From IMG/VR virus record IMGVR_UViG_3300032240_001991, positions 33,128-97,127 of that record: DNA of 64,000 nucleotides. One strand, given 5' to 3'. Under the pieces are notes generated by a model. It ran no database searches. It was given only the letters and a program-made list of their open reading frames with translations, and had not been told where the DNA came from. The position numbers were made by a program, and so were the translations under genes. Origin of the DNA: a virus. Shown here piece after piece: positions 27,767 through 36,551 of this stretch (the first letter of the stretch is position 1; each line of letters starts with the position of its first letter).

Positions 27767-28027
27767 CTACCGTTTAGGTCGCGGAACGACGCGTTTGAGC
27801 ATACGCTGTAGCATGGCGTTGAGACTCCTAAGATCTTCCTTATCCCGTTCTGATCGTTCTAGCCTAGCTTCTAGAGCTTCAATCTTGATCTTGAGACGGC
27901 GCATATCAAGCTCTAGCTCTTGATTTTTCTTGCGTACGGCAGTAGCATCCGCCCGATGTAGATCTCGATGCCGCATGGCTGCGGATAGCAGCTCATTGAG
28001 GTGTCCAAATGTCAGCCCCTCGCTCAT
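27767..28027 (-). CDS. coiled-coil protein (86 aa)
   Basis: Heptad-rich sequence (ELELDMRRLKIKIEALEARLERSERDKEDL). Confidence 0.45.
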   Translation of the reverse strand: MSEGLTFGHLNELLSAAMRHRDLHRADATAVRKKNQELELDMRRLKIKIEALEARLERSERDKEDLRSLNAMLQRMLKRVVPRPKR

Positions 28028-28233
28028 CGGGAGACCTTGATCTGTAGCAGCCCCTTAACGATCACGATCGCACACCAAGTCTCCAGTGTGTAGGGTATTA
28101 GCAGTAGGCTACCAAACAGGGTGTTCCACGCCCATATGGCCAGCAGGGGACCAAAGATAATGCTTAGGATCCCCAGCAGCAGCATTGCTGTGGCTGTGGC
28201 TTCTGTATCAGTAGTGGTGTCGCGATCCGACAT
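28024..28233 (-). CDS. small membrane protein (69 aa)
   Basis: Two hydrophobic helices; 4-nt overlaps with its neighbours. Confidence 0.45.
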   Translation of the reverse strand: MSDRDTTTDTEATATAMLLLGILSIIFGPLLAIWAWNTLFGSLLLIPYTLETWCAIVIVKGLLQIKVSR

Positions 28234-28432
28234 AATTGAAGTCCTCTAGTATTAGATCACTATCTTCTTCGTCCTCAATCTCCTGATCAAGGTCAAAGAA
28301 CTCGTTAGTGTGACAGAGGTCTTTGACTTCGCTTTCGCTCATGTACTTGACACAGGCCGTAATCACAGTGTCCTTGTCCAGGACGCCCTCTTCAATCAGC
28401 TCTAGCAAGCGATTAGTGTATTCACGAACCAT
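28208..28432 (-). CDS. hypothetical protein
   Basis: Start trimmed to M21 so that the family promoter and AGGAGcagctgATG leader precede it. Confidence 0.45.
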   Translation of the reverse strand: MVREYTNRLLELIEEGVLDKDTVITACVKYMSESEVKDLCHTNEFFDLDQEIEDEEDSDLILEDFNYVGSRHHY

Positions 28433-28458
28433 CAGCTGCTCCTTACTAACTATGCGGG

Positions 28459-28488
28459 TACTATACAGCCATTTGCGGCCAATGTCAA
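28459..28488 (-). promoter_or_regulatory. promoter family member (TTGACA-N17-TATAGTA)
   Basis: ggTTGACAttggccgcaaatggctgTATAGTA. Confidence 0.5.
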
Positions 28489-28694
28489 CCAAACTCTCGT
28501 TCAGCGTAGTACTCTAGGATCTGCCGCTGAATGTTAGGGATCAGTTCCCCGTCCTCCTTGACTTCAAAGCGTACAGGGCAATGACCCCACGCAGAGGTCC
28601 TCATGAAGTCCGTGAACCACCGGCGGTGGTCCGTGTTCTGGGCATCAAAGATCACAAGCGGACGTTTGACAAAGGCCAGTTTAGAACGTAGCAT
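28485..28694 (-). CDS. small conserved protein (paralog of 18855..19088)
   Basis: HRRWFTDFMRTSAWGHCPVRF...ILEYYAEREF; start trimmed to M16 downstream of a CAGCGGGGTATT motif. Confidence 0.5.
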   Translation of the reverse strand: MLRSKLAFVKRPLVIFDAQNTDHRRWFTDFMRTSAWGHCPVRFEVKEDGELIPNIQRQILEYYAEREFG

Positions 28695-28731
28695 TAGGGT
28701 ATCCTCTGCAGCGGGGTATTCTAGGGAGTTG

Positions 28732-29013
28732 TTAGGCAAACTCAGCAGCGGCAGTCTTGGTAGTAGCAGCGGTGCCGCGCTTGATCTGCTCTTCTTCTAG
28801 AGCCCGTCGTACCTGCTGATTGCCGTTATCAAAGCTGTTGGCCAGCAAATAGTCTACAGCTTCAGCTTTGGTCATGGGATGGATCAAGGGCAGGATATCA
28901 ATGTTGGTATGCCCGTTGGCCGCTAGTACCTTGATACGAGTAATATCGTTAGCAAACCGAACTCGAATCTTACCGTTAAGGGTGCTGACACCCGCGTGTG
29001 TATAAGTCGTCAT
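28732..29013 (-). CDS. hypothetical protein (93 aa)
   Basis: Preceded by a promoter and AGAGG. Confidence 0.45.
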   Translation of the reverse strand: MTTYTHAGVSTLNGKIRVRFANDITRIKVLAANGHTNIDILPLIHPMTKAEAVDYLLANSFDNGNQQVRRALEEEQIKRGTAATTKTAAAEFA

Positions 29014-29057
29014 ATGTAGCCTCTCTGTGTTGTGTTAGGACTGTCCTAACAGTTAAT

Positions 29058-29086
29058 ATATTACTATCATGCTAGATCAAAGTCAA
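29058..29086 (-). promoter_or_regulatory. sigma70-like promoter (TTGACT-N17-TAATAT)
   Basis: Canonical spacing upstream of 29013. Confidence 0.4.
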
Positions 29087-29285
29087 CCACTAGTATCAAC
29101 TCAGCTTCCCAAAGTCTAAGAGCAAAGGTGCTAGAGCCCACTCTAACGGCGAGGGGTCCGCCCCTCGCAGCGCGAGCCAGTACTACCACACGCTCGCCCG
29201 CAACAAACCCCAAGTCAGCCCAACGACCACTAGGAGCAGAAGTAATTCTATAGGCACATCCCTGCACCGCTTCCGCTAAGGTCAT
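29067..29285 (-). CDS. FeoA-like (SH3-like) domain protein
   Basis: LAEAVQGCAYRITSAPSGRWADLGFVAGERVVVLARAARGGPLAVRVGSSTFALRLWEAELI resembles the FeoA/DtxR-C signature (L..L..G....I........LG...G..V.V.....GGP..V.V.G....LR..EA). Confidence 0.45.
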   Translation of the reverse strand: MTLAEAVQGCAYRITSAPSGRWADLGFVAGERVVVLARAARGGPLAVRVGSSTFALRLWEAELILVVDFDLA

Positions 29286-30445
29286 GCGACTCGTAACAGT
29301 ACTGTGTGCTCGTTAGTACGCGGTTTCATAGTGTGCTCCACGCCCTTGATCGCGTCAAACCACTTACGCAGTTGATTCTTGCCCAGCTTCATAAACTCTG
29401 CCAGCTGAGTTTCGGGCTTACGCAGAGTCTTCTGTATGCAGCCTTTATTAGCAATGCCCACAAGACTGGTGCCTTTAGCCATAATGCTCTTGTCAAATTC
29501 CCCACGATATACGCCCAGCTTGCGCCGCCGTACATCATAAACCCACACTTCTGAAGCACCCAAGACTTCTATGGGCTTGATGCTGGTGATCTTGAGTTCC
29601 TTATGCTCCCCAAGATACTTGAGCTTGCGTACCAACTTAGCACGATCTACGGGTTTGGCCTTGCGTACACGAGCCACTTTCTTTTCAATAGCCAAACGAC
29701 CCGCACTGGCTTCACAGTCATCTAGAAACGCTATAGCAGCCTTAAGACTCTTGGCACTGACGAATCTGTAGCCCTCTAAGAGCTGCTGTGTGCTGTTATC
29801 ATGATCTCGGCTGGTACGAGCCTCCGCTAGTTCGCGAAGTTCCGCTGTAGACCCTGCTAGTGCTGCTGCCAGCTTCTTAAAGTGTATGGCACTAAAGCGA
29901 GCAAATCCTGTGATGTTAGCAGTCTTGCCTTCACGTACAACACCCCGTAGAATGCTGCCCACAATCTCTTCTATTTCTATTACTGCTTGATTGACCTGCA
30001 GATCCATGCGTTCCTGCACCCCAATGCGCTCTGCAGGCTGCTGCTGTACAGCAGGAGTGTCTTCCGCTACTTCTACACGGCGTGCTGCAGACTCTGCTAT
30101 ACTAGACCATATGCGAGCCTGCTCAGAGTCTGTAATAGCAAAGCCTTTGACCTGCAGGCGTGCTAGATAGCTCATGCTGGTGCTAAGATGTCGATCGCTA
30201 GCGCGTGCTAGGATCTTGAGATCTTGACCAGCAGATTCCCCACGATACAGCGTGATCCAGTCTTCAAAGAACCGTCGCGAGTCCTTGCTGTCACAGGCAT
30301 AGTTATACCAGTTGAGTGCTCGTATCAAGAGCCCCATGCGTGTGGACTCTGTAACAGCAACACCTTCCCACTGAGGTTCATAGCCTCGCGTGTGTATAGT
30401 ATCTGCTGATACCTTAAGATCGTAAGGTTTGAATGCTCGTGCCAT
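29282..30445 (-). CDS. hypothetical protein (387 aa)
   Basis: Largest gene of the GC-rich block; TATACT lies 4 nt before its ATG. Confidence 0.5.
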   Translation of the reverse strand: MARAFKPYDLKVSADTIHTRGYEPQWEGVAVTESTRMGLLIRALNWYNYACDSKDSRRFFEDWITLYRGESAGQDLKILARASDRHLSTSMSYLARLQVKGFAITDSEQARIWSSIAESAARRVEVAEDTPAVQQQPAERIGVQERMDLQVNQAVIEIEEIVGSILRGVVREGKTANITGFARFSAIHFKKLAAALAGSTAELRELAEARTSRDHDNSTQQLLEGYRFVSAKSLKAAIAFLDDCEASAGRLAIEKKVARVRKAKPVDRAKLVRKLKYLGEHKELKITSIKPIEVLGASEVWVYDVRRRKLGVYRGEFDKSIMAKGTSLVGIANKGCIQKTLRKPETQLAEFMKLGKNQLRKWFDAIKGVEHTMKPRTNEHTVLLRVA

Positions 30446-30642
30446 AGTTAGTATACCTTGTTTAAAAACAGTCTAAAAAGACACCAAAAACTGTCTCTTT
30501 AGGCGGTTATTTTACCACTATTTAGACCAAAAAGTCAAGAAACTGAGCAAATTTTGGTAAAAAATAATTTGGTTGACAGTGGGGAAGAGAGGCATAGTTA
30601 AAATGGTGCCAACCAGTTTCCCCTCAAACCTCACCTCAAACC

Positions 30643-30825
30643 TCACCCCAAATCCGTTTTATAGCGAATGTGTACAGCAAAGTCATAGGCTGCTTCAGGA
30701 TCCAAACCTTTGGCTACAGCCCATCCCAGAGTCAAACTAAACCAATCTTGTTCGCTGTCTGGGTCAATTGCTAGTGCTCTATCGGAGCATTCGGTTTTGA
30801 ACAGTTCGATCAATTGTTCGTTCAT
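30643..30825 (-). CDS. hypothetical small protein
   Basis: 4-nt overlap with the upstream gene. Confidence 0.35.
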   Translation of the reverse strand: MNEQLIELFKTECSDRALAIDPDSEQDWFSLTLGWAVAKGLDPEAAYDFAVHIRYKTDLG

Positions 30826-31061
30826 TGGTTGCCCTCGGCCATGTCGTTAATAGCGGCCGCTGTTTGGATTCCCATTCTGTAGCCTTCTCGAAAGGCCCGT
30901 TCTGCCACTGCTCTCACAGTGGCTCTAATGTTAATGACCAAGTCATAGCCCGGGTCGCCGGGCTCATGTGTTAGAGGATTGGCCAACTCTAACTCGTTAA
31001 GATAACTGTCAGTTAAGCCTTGGCCAACAGCCTCTAGATCATATCCAATTTTGATAGGCAT
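30822..31061 (-). CDS. hypothetical protein (79 aa)
   Basis: Family promoter and AGGA leader lie upstream. Confidence 0.45.
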   Translation of the reverse strand: MPIKIGYDLEAVGQGLTDSYLNELELANPLTHEPGDPGYDLVINIRATVRAVAERAFREGYRMGIQTAAAINDMAEGNQ

Positions 31062-31085
31062 TTTCTAGTCCTTGCTGTGTCTGTG

Positions 31086-31115
31086 TATTATAAACAGGTT
31101 TTACCGGTCTGTCAA
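31086..31115 (-). promoter_or_regulatory. promoter family member (TTGACA-N17-TATAATA)
   Basis: TTGACAgaccggtaaaacctgtttATAATA. Confidence 0.5.
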
Positions 31116-31118
31116 CCC

Positions 31119-31412
31119 TCAGTATGGACATCCGATCATGCCCGTGTTGTAGCGGTCCTGCATGATCTGATAGAATTCCTCAACTGCCGCTGTAGGGCTA
31201 ATCTGGCGATGGCGCGGGCTGGCTAGGCGTCCTGCAGCCTTGGCGCGACCATAGGCCTTGTTGAAGTTGTCGTGGTAACTGCAACGAGCTACCGCATAAT
31301 CGATACCGTCGGCCTTTTCAATAAAGGCCACAGTGGCCCCGCCACGGCTTTCAAGGCGGCCGTGAATGTCGCGCTCACGATAGTGAACATACTTGATCTT
31401 GGGCGTAGTCAT
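31119..31412 (-). CDS. hypothetical protein (97 aa)
   Basis: Family promoter and AAGGAG leader lie upstream. Confidence 0.45.
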   Translation of the reverse strand: MTTPKIKYVHYRERDIHGRLESRGGATVAFIEKADGIDYAVARCSYHDNFNKAYGRAKAAGRLASPRHRQISPTAAVEEFYQIMQDRYNTGMIGCPY

Positions 31413-31448
31413 TGGTCGATCTCCTTACTGTGTGTCTCTGTCTGCTGC

Positions 31449-31478
31449 TATTATAGCAGGTTTTACCTAACTGTCAAG
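31449..31478 (-). promoter_or_regulatory. promoter family member (TTGACA-N17-TATAATA)
   Basis: TTGACAgttaggtaaaacctgcTATAATA. Confidence 0.5.
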
Positions 31479-31519
31479 AGCTAGGTAGTTTTTTTACGAG
31501 AACTACCAAACTCAAACCC

Positions 31520-32467
31520 TTACTTGGTGTTCAGGAAGGGAATCGGAGCACCTGCGTAGATATTCTGCGGCAGTTGACCGTTCCACGTCTTGGCCTTCTG
31601 CATCTCGACCTCAATGCGACGCAGTTCCAGCACATCCTTGTTCTGGGCCAGTGCAGCGTTCTGCACACGGAGTGCTTCAGCCTGGGCCTTGGCCACAGTC
31701 AAGTTAGCATAGGCCTCACCATCAGCAGTGGCCTTGGCCGCAGCAGCCTCGGCTTCTGCGATAGCGACCTTCTGCTTCTGCTCAGCCTCAACGGTCTTGA
31801 GCTTGTTCTCAGCAGCCAGGCGCAACTGCTCCTGCTCAACCTTGCTGTTGATGGCTCGCATATAACTATCCTGGAAGGCAAAGTTACGCATATCGATATT
31901 GATCACCTGGGCCCCATAGATAGCCAACTTGGCCTGCAGCGTGCTCTTAATGTCAGCAGACACCTGAGCTCGTTGTGCAATCAAGTCGGGGGCGGTATAC
32001 TTGGCAGTCACAGCCTTAAACGCTTCCTGCGTGGCAGTCTGAACGTAACTGCTCAAGTCGCCATTGTGGCTGTACTTCTCGTAGACTTCAGCAACCTTGT
32101 CAGTGGCAATGCTGTAGCGTACAGTAAGGTCAACGTGTACGGGCTGCTGATCGCTGGTGCTACCATCGGCCTTGTCAATAGAAGCAGTCTCAGCACGAAT
32201 GCTGAAAATGTTCAACTTCTGCCAGGGCGGAAGGATTGCCAGGCCCTCAGCCTCAATGCCCACGATCTTACCAAACTGGGTAATGACGCCGCGGCTACCG
32301 GTGGGTACCGAAGCAAATGGGTTGGCCCATGCCAAAACCAGCACGCCAGCCACCGCTGCGGCCACATGGGTAACGATCTTAGGTACGTTGACGTTGACGT
32401 CAGTGACTTCTTCGCCCATGCGATTGGTACGAGTGTTCTTAGTGAAATAACTGTCTGAAAATGACAT
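31520..32467 (-). CDS. SPFH/band-7 (prohibitin/HflC-like) domain protein
   Basis: Membrane anchor, a band-7 core (VHVDLTVRYSI...APDLIAQRAQVS), then a long Ala/Glu/Gln-rich coiled coil (EQKQKVAIAEAEAAAAKATADGEAYA...). Confidence 0.75.
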   Translation of the reverse strand: MSFSDSYFTKNTRTNRMGEEVTDVNVNVPKIVTHVAAAVAGVLVLAWANPFASVPTGSRGVITQFGKIVGIEAEGLAILPPWQKLNIFSIRAETASIDKADGSTSDQQPVHVDLTVRYSIATDKVAEVYEKYSHNGDLSSYVQTATQEAFKAVTAKYTAPDLIAQRAQVSADIKSTLQAKLAIYGAQVINIDMRNFAFQDSYMRAINSKVEQEQLRLAAENKLKTVEAEQKQKVAIAEAEAAAAKATADGEAYANLTVAKAQAEALRVQNAALAQNKDVLELRRIEVEMQKAKTWNGQLPQNIYAGAPIPFLNTK

Positions 32468-32479
32468 GATATCGACCTC

Positions 32480-32725
32480 TTACTGGTAAAGTTCGTTGAA
32501 ACGACGCAGGTCCACCGACAGTTTGTCAGTGGGCAAGTGCTCAGTGACTTCAAATACTTCACTGGTGCTTGCGGTAGTAATCACTGCAGGAGTGACCTGT
32601 GCAGTCTGAGTGGGCTTAGAGTGAAAGAAATAGTAACCTAGCCCAAACACAGTCATGCCTAACAGGGCAATACCTGCTACCTTATTAAACTTCTCAAAAG
32701 AATCTTCTTTGATCGTAAACTGCAT
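32480..32725 (-). CDS. small membrane protein (81 aa)
   Basis: Transmembrane helix; family promoter upstream. Confidence 0.45.
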   Translation of the reverse strand: MQFTIKEDSFEKFNKVAGIALLGMTVFGLGYYFFHSKPTQTAQVTPAVITTASTSEVFEVTEHLPTDKLSVDLRRFNELYQ

Positions 32726-32753
32726 ATTGTCTGCTCCTCTGTCTTTGTCTGTG

Positions 32754-32782
32754 TAGTATAGCAGGTTTTACCAAAAAGTCAA
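32754..32782 (-). promoter_or_regulatory. promoter family member (TTGACT-N17-TATACTA)
   Basis: ggTTGACTttttggtaaaacctgcTATACTA followed by the acacagacaaagacagAGGAG leader. Confidence 0.55.
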
Positions 32783-32785
32783 CCT

Positions 32786-32980
32786 TTAGGCCTTATCGAG
32801 TACACGAACAACGAGTTCCGTGCTCTTTACAGATTTAACCCGTTCCCATTTCTCTAGGATGTCATTTTTAGAAAAAGAACACTTCTTCTTGCGCCACTCT
32901 AGAAACTCTCGTGCCTCAATCCAGTAGACCGTTGAATCATCAACAGGGTCATACTCTTCAACCAATCGAAACTTAGCCAT
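32786..32980 (-). CDS. hypothetical small protein (64 aa)
   Basis: Family promoter and AAGGAG leader lie upstream. Confidence 0.45.
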   Translation of the reverse strand: MAKFRLVEEYDPVDDSTVYWIEAREFLEWRKKKCSFSKNDILEKWERVKSVKSTELVVRVLDKA

Positions 32981-33008
32981 TTCTCTTGCTCCTTGCTGTG
33001 TGTGCGGG

Positions 33009-33038
33009 TATTATACTAAGGTTTCACCAAAAAGTCAA
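33009..33038 (-). promoter_or_regulatory. promoter family member (TTGACT-N17-TATAATA)
   Basis: TTGACTttttggtgaaaccttagTATAATA. Confidence 0.5.
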
Positions 33039-33547
33039 GCCAATTCTTTCTTTGCCGCCCGCTTGCGAGGCACGCCCTTCTTAGTGTAACGAACCATTCG
33101 AGCGTAACGATGCTGCCCCATCAAGATCTGGATACGACCTTCGAACCCGTCCTTAATAGGAACGTTCCCAGTTTCAATTTTGAAGTTGTTCTTGTCAAAC
33201 CACTGAAGCCACTCGTAAAGTTCGGCTTCGGCTTCCTCACCGCGGCTCAATACTGCCACGCAGGGATGCTTATGGTAGGCGTTCTCCGGACACCAAATGG
33301 CGCCATTCTTATCTGCTCGTTCGTAGTCCTCGTCGTACCATGCATAGTCTGGATAATTACCATCAACTACAATTCCCACACAATGCCGTCCGATGCCTAC
33401 TTCACCTTCAAGAGCCAGTTGACAGTTATTCTTAGCGGCCCACACTGCCATCCAGGTGATCTTCTCTTCATGCTTCATTTTTCGCTCCTTTACACACTTG
33501 GGTTTTTCACACCAAGGGTGACGACTGTGAATATCGTTATTTCCCAT
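33035..33547 (-). CDS. hypothetical protein (170 aa)
   Basis: Overlaps the upstream gene by 11 nt (operon). Confidence 0.45.
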   Translation of the reverse strand: MGNNDIHSRHPWCEKPKCVKERKMKHEEKITWMAVWAAKNNCQLALEGEVGIGRHCVGIVVDGNYPDYAWYDEDYERADKNGAIWCPENAYHKHPCVAVLSRGEEAEAELYEWLQWFDKNNFKIETGNVPIKDGFEGRIQILMGQHRYARMVRYTKKGVPRKRAAKKELA

Positions 33548-33740
33548 GGGCTAATGACTCTTGAATTTCATTAACCCAGCAACTGATGTCGCTGCTGCCG
33601 ATCTCTTCAAAATCGTAGAGATAAGCGGCCTTTTCGTCGATAGCGTCTAAAAGACGACTGCCATACTCAACTAGGAGATCTATATGCTGGGTGCGTATAC
33701 GATAGATGATGCAATCTTTAACTGCTTGACTGCTGCTCAC
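33537..33740 (-). CDS. hypothetical small protein (GTG start)
   Basis: AGGAG 6 nt before the GTG. Confidence 0.4.
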   Translation of the reverse strand: MSSSQAVKDCIIYRIRTQHIDLLVEYGSRLLDAIDEKAAYLYDFEEIGSSDISCWVNEIQESLAHGK

Positions 33741-33768
33741 GGTCTACTCCTTGCTGTGTGTATGAGGC

Positions 33769-33799
33769 TATTATACTATGGTTTTACCAGTACTGTCAA
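33769..33799 (-). promoter_or_regulatory. promoter family member (TTGACA-N17/18-TATAATA)
   Basis: ggTTGACAgtactggtaaaaccatagTATAATA. Confidence 0.5.
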
Positions 33800-34386
33800 C
33801 CACTATGAGTCTTGAGAACGTCAATCAGGCTCTTGCTTAGGTCCCAGTGGCCCTTCAAAACCGCTTCGCAGGCCAGCTGGGAGATTCGATCCAGGAATTC
33901 CGTTTCTGAGGTGTGCTCTTGCACCAGCACACCCAGTCCCTTGAGTCGAGCCACCAGCTCAGGGTACCCCTCAGGGTGTTTGACGTAGCAGCCTTGCACA
34001 TCGTCGTAGGCACGAGGGTCCACCGGCAACTGCTGTGGGCCCTGACGCTCGCTCACCTCTTTGGCTTCACGGAGACCCAGGTTGGCCAGCTCTCGCAGGG
34101 CCTTGATTCCGCTGACCTTGCGATTGCCCCATTCGGTGGGCATGGTTACAGTCACTTTGCTAGGTATCATAACAAATCCTTTCTGAGGGAGGCTTCTGCT
34201 CAAATTAATGGGCTGCTTCAGAGCGTTACGAGCAATGTCCCGTGCAGCAACCACATCCGCGCGGGCCCACTCGTTGATGTCCTCGGCATAGTAGATCTTG
34301 CGTTCAATCTCAGACAGACTGGTCCGCAGTCGCTGGATTTCGGCTTGCAACAGGTCTTGATCGCTCACGTCTACTCCTGTAAACAA
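33796..34386 (-). CDS. hypothetical protein (196 aa)
   Basis: Promoter upstream; a 7-bp hairpin sits in the leader. Confidence 0.45.
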   Translation of the reverse strand: MFTGVDVSDQDLLQAEIQRLRTSLSEIERKIYYAEDINEWARADVVAARDIARNALKQPINLSRSLPQKGFVMIPSKVTVTMPTEWGNRKVSGIKALRELANLGLREAKEVSERQGPQQLPVDPRAYDDVQGCYVKHPEGYPELVARLKGLGVLVQEHTSETEFLDRISQLACEAVLKGHWDLSKSLIDVLKTHSG

Positions 34387-34416
34387 TAGCCCAGGGTCAC
34401 ATAACCCTGGCGCTCT

Positions 34417-34599
34417 TTATTGTTCGTGTACTATAGCAGGTTTTACCACAGGCGTCAACTGATTTTTTGCCTTAGGGCCCTTGTACCCCGTGCCCTTCTG
34501 ATAGATCAACCACACATGGTCAGAGCAGTAACTGCGGTTCTGATAGCCGGGGCGGCCACACTTGGCCTGCCCCTCATCACGCCATTCACACTTGGGCAC
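34417..34599 (-). CDS. small Cys-rich protein (60 aa)
   Basis: Intact ORF; the next promoter is embedded in its 3' end. Confidence 0.3.
   Translation of the reverse strand: MPKCEWRDEGQAKCGRPGYQNRSYCSDHVWLIYQKGTGYKGPKAKNQLTPVVKPAIVHEQ
34429..34458 (-). promoter_or_regulatory. promoter family member (TTGACG-N17-TATAGTA)
   Basis: TTGACGcctgtggtaaaacctgcTATAGTA. Confidence 0.5.
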
Positions 34600-34600
34600 G

Positions 34601-35464
34601 TTACACCCCCTTCTTCATGCAGGTCGTCTTAGCCATACCCTTCCACGCAGCAGGGAAGCTCTTCTTGAGGTCTGCAATCTTGAGCACCATACGCAGGCTG
34701 AGCTCGCGCAGTTGAGTAGAGTTAGTAGCGATGTAATCCAAAATCTCTGCCTTCTCTGCTTCTTCAAACTCGTATTTCTGCAACATCCCATCGCCTACAA
34801 TCTGACGAATACGCAGGAGTTTTTCTCGGTCCGTATCCATCTGCAGGTCAATGTAGTGGCAGCGACTTTCAAGTGCCATCAAGTGACTACGCAGTTTCTT
34901 AGAACGTACATACTCAAATTTGATGTTGGTGATAAAGATCGCAGCACCACAGAACTCAAAGCGGTCTGGAATGCCTTCGCTACGCAAGAGTCGGCTGTCC
35001 AAGTTCCAGCTGATGTAGCGGCGCTCAGAACTGTCTAGCGCACCCTTAAGGATATTGAGGCTCAACTGGTCCATGAGCACATCGTCGCAGTCGTCAAAGA
35101 CCACTACGTTACCCTTATCAGCGAACCCAAACAGTTTAGCATAGAGACCCAGAGCACTCATAGCACCCTTGACAATCTCATACTTAGGCTTACGCTGAGC
35201 CAAGGTATTGAACAGGTCGTCCTTCTGCAGAACAGCCTCAACACCAAAACTCTTGCCTACGCCGGGCGGCCCGCTGACAATCATAGCCCGCACATCCCCA
35301 TGCTTGACAGCACGGGTCATGTCATCTAGAATCTGGAAACGAGAACGCAGGCGCTCAAGAATCTCATCGTCAGTTTCGGCCTGCACCTCTTGTGCGCGGC
35401 GTGCGATTGCTTCTTGGTCAAAGTCAATTACATTCTCAATCTTGGTAGTAGCGGTTCGAGCCAT
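34601..35464 (-). CDS. P-loop NTPase (AAA+-like)
   Basis: Walker A IVSGPPGVGKSF and Walker B VVVFDDCDD. Confidence 0.6.
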   Translation of the reverse strand: MARTATTKIENVIDFDQEAIARRAQEVQAETDDEILERLRSRFQILDDMTRAVKHGDVRAMIVSGPPGVGKSFGVEAVLQKDDLFNTLAQRKPKYEIVKGAMSALGLYAKLFGFADKGNVVVFDDCDDVLMDQLSLNILKGALDSSERRYISWNLDSRLLRSEGIPDRFEFCGAAIFITNIKFEYVRSKKLRSHLMALESRCHYIDLQMDTDREKLLRIRQIVGDGMLQKYEFEEAEKAEILDYIATNSTQLRELSLRMVLKIADLKKSFPAAWKGMAKTTCMKKGV

Positions 35465-35491
35465 TAGGTCACCTCTGTATATTTAAGACTG

Positions 35492-35521
35492 TATTATACT
35501 GAATTTTTGGTAAAAAGTCAA
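35492..35521 (-). promoter_or_regulatory. promoter family member (TTGACT-N17-TATAATA)
   Basis: TTGACTttttaccaaaaattcagTATAATA. Confidence 0.45.
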
Positions 35522-35877
35522 TCCATGCGTGAGCCAACACTGGCATCAAGCCCCTGGCTTTTCAGTACCTTAGCGAACGCATCAGCATAGGCTTCTTTGA
35601 GCTCCATGCTCTGATTGCCCTCGTGAACCCAGTATTGCAGCCCCGGCTGGCTGTAACTCTTTTGGAATCCCTGCTCAGTCAAGCGGCGTCCTACCCGGCT
35701 GTTGCTACGGACCCCACGGATATTGACCCAAGCAAACCCACAAGGGCCTCCGGGTACCGTCCACCGATGCTGGCCGTCAGTGACCACCATGGGTTGAGGA
35801 TTAGCAGCCTGAAGAGCAGCCATGCCCTGACGGTGCGCTTCTGCAAGAACTTCGTCGATATTCTGTTCAGTTACCAT
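35518..35877 (-). CDS. hypothetical protein
   Basis: Start trimmed to M20 so that the promoter and AGGAG leader precede it. Confidence 0.45.
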   Translation of the reverse strand: MVTEQNIDEVLAEAHRQGMAALQAANPQPMVVTDGQHRWTVPGGPCGFAWVNIRGVRSNSRVGRRLTEQGFQKSYSQPGLQYWVHEGNQSMELKEAYADAFAKVLKSQGLDASVGSRMD

Positions 35878-35904
35878 GTATATGCTCCTTGCTGTCAGTG
35901 TGCG

Positions 35905-35934
35905 TATACTAGCACAGGTTTTACCAGCCGTCAA
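35905..35934 (-). promoter_or_regulatory. promoter family member (TTGACG-N17-TATACG)
   Basis: TTGACGgctggtaaaacctgtgctagTATACG. Confidence 0.45.
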
Positions 35935-36232
35935 CCGGTCGCAGTCCGCTGATTACTCCTGCTTGGCTTAGTGTATCTTTTACACGGTTAAGGGCAGAAC
36001 CACTATGGCCCCCAACGTGCCAGGCATAGAGACCCTTGGGAGTTTCGTCTTCCTTCCAATCGTAGATAGTGGCCACAGTACCATCTGCATACCGTAGTAC
36101 CCACCCTACCGTAATCTTGTCCCCGCCCATAACATCCGGAGGACCAAATATCGCTACCAGTTGATCATAGGTAGCAGTAACGTATCCCACAAGGCTAGTG
36201 CCGGTGCCTTCGGCGTCTTTAGTAAACTTCAT
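35921..36232 (-). CDS. hypothetical protein (103 aa)
   Basis: Family promoter and cactagcaAGGAG leader lie upstream. Confidence 0.45.
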   Translation of the reverse strand: MKFTKDAEGTGTSLVGYVTATYDQLVAIFGPPDVMGGDKITVGWVLRYADGTVATIYDWKEDETPKGLYAWHVGGHSGSALNRVKDTLSQAGVISGLRPVDGW

Positions 36233-36257
36233 CTGGATCTCCTTGCTAGTGTTCGCG

Positions 36258-36287
36258 TACTATAGCACAGGTTTTACCAAAAGTCAA
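36258..36287 (-). promoter_or_regulatory. promoter family member (TTGACT-N17-TATAGTA)
   Basis: TTGACTtttggtaaaacctgtgcTATAGTA. Confidence 0.5.
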
Positions 36288-36496
36288 ACTTCGTTGGCGT
36301 CTACATCCAGTTCTGTTTCGTCTTGGACATAGTCATAGGCCGAGGTCAATTCTTGATCAAAATCCCATTCACTTGTTTCTGCACAGTAGTGAATGATGTC
36401 TGCGATAAGATCTGCCGGACGAGTATAATTCTCGTTATTAAGGAACATCTGGGCCACTCGACCCACTGCCTGCTGGCGAAAAGTAAGATAGGTCAT
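36284..36496 (-). CDS. small acidic protein (70 aa)
   Basis: Intact ORF. Confidence 0.4.
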   Translation of the reverse strand: MTYLTFRQQAVGRVAQMFLNNENYTRPADLIADIIHYCAETSEWDFDQELTSAYDYVQDETELDVDANEV

Positions 36497-36551
36497 TATC
36501 GCTCCTCAAGTCAAACGTAGGGGGGTGCAGTTGCCTACACCCCCCAGTGGA

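Noticed and set aside
31480-31515. Terminator after the SPFH gene (GGTAGTT...AACTACC hairpin)
   Set aside because: The hairpin is not followed by a T-run on the minus strand; the A/T tract lies in the loop.
31574-32458. 294-aa plus-strand ORF antisense to the SPFH gene
   Set aside because: It lies entirely inside the well-supported band-7 gene. A GC-rich, low-stop context produces long antisense frames, and it has no promoter or RBS.
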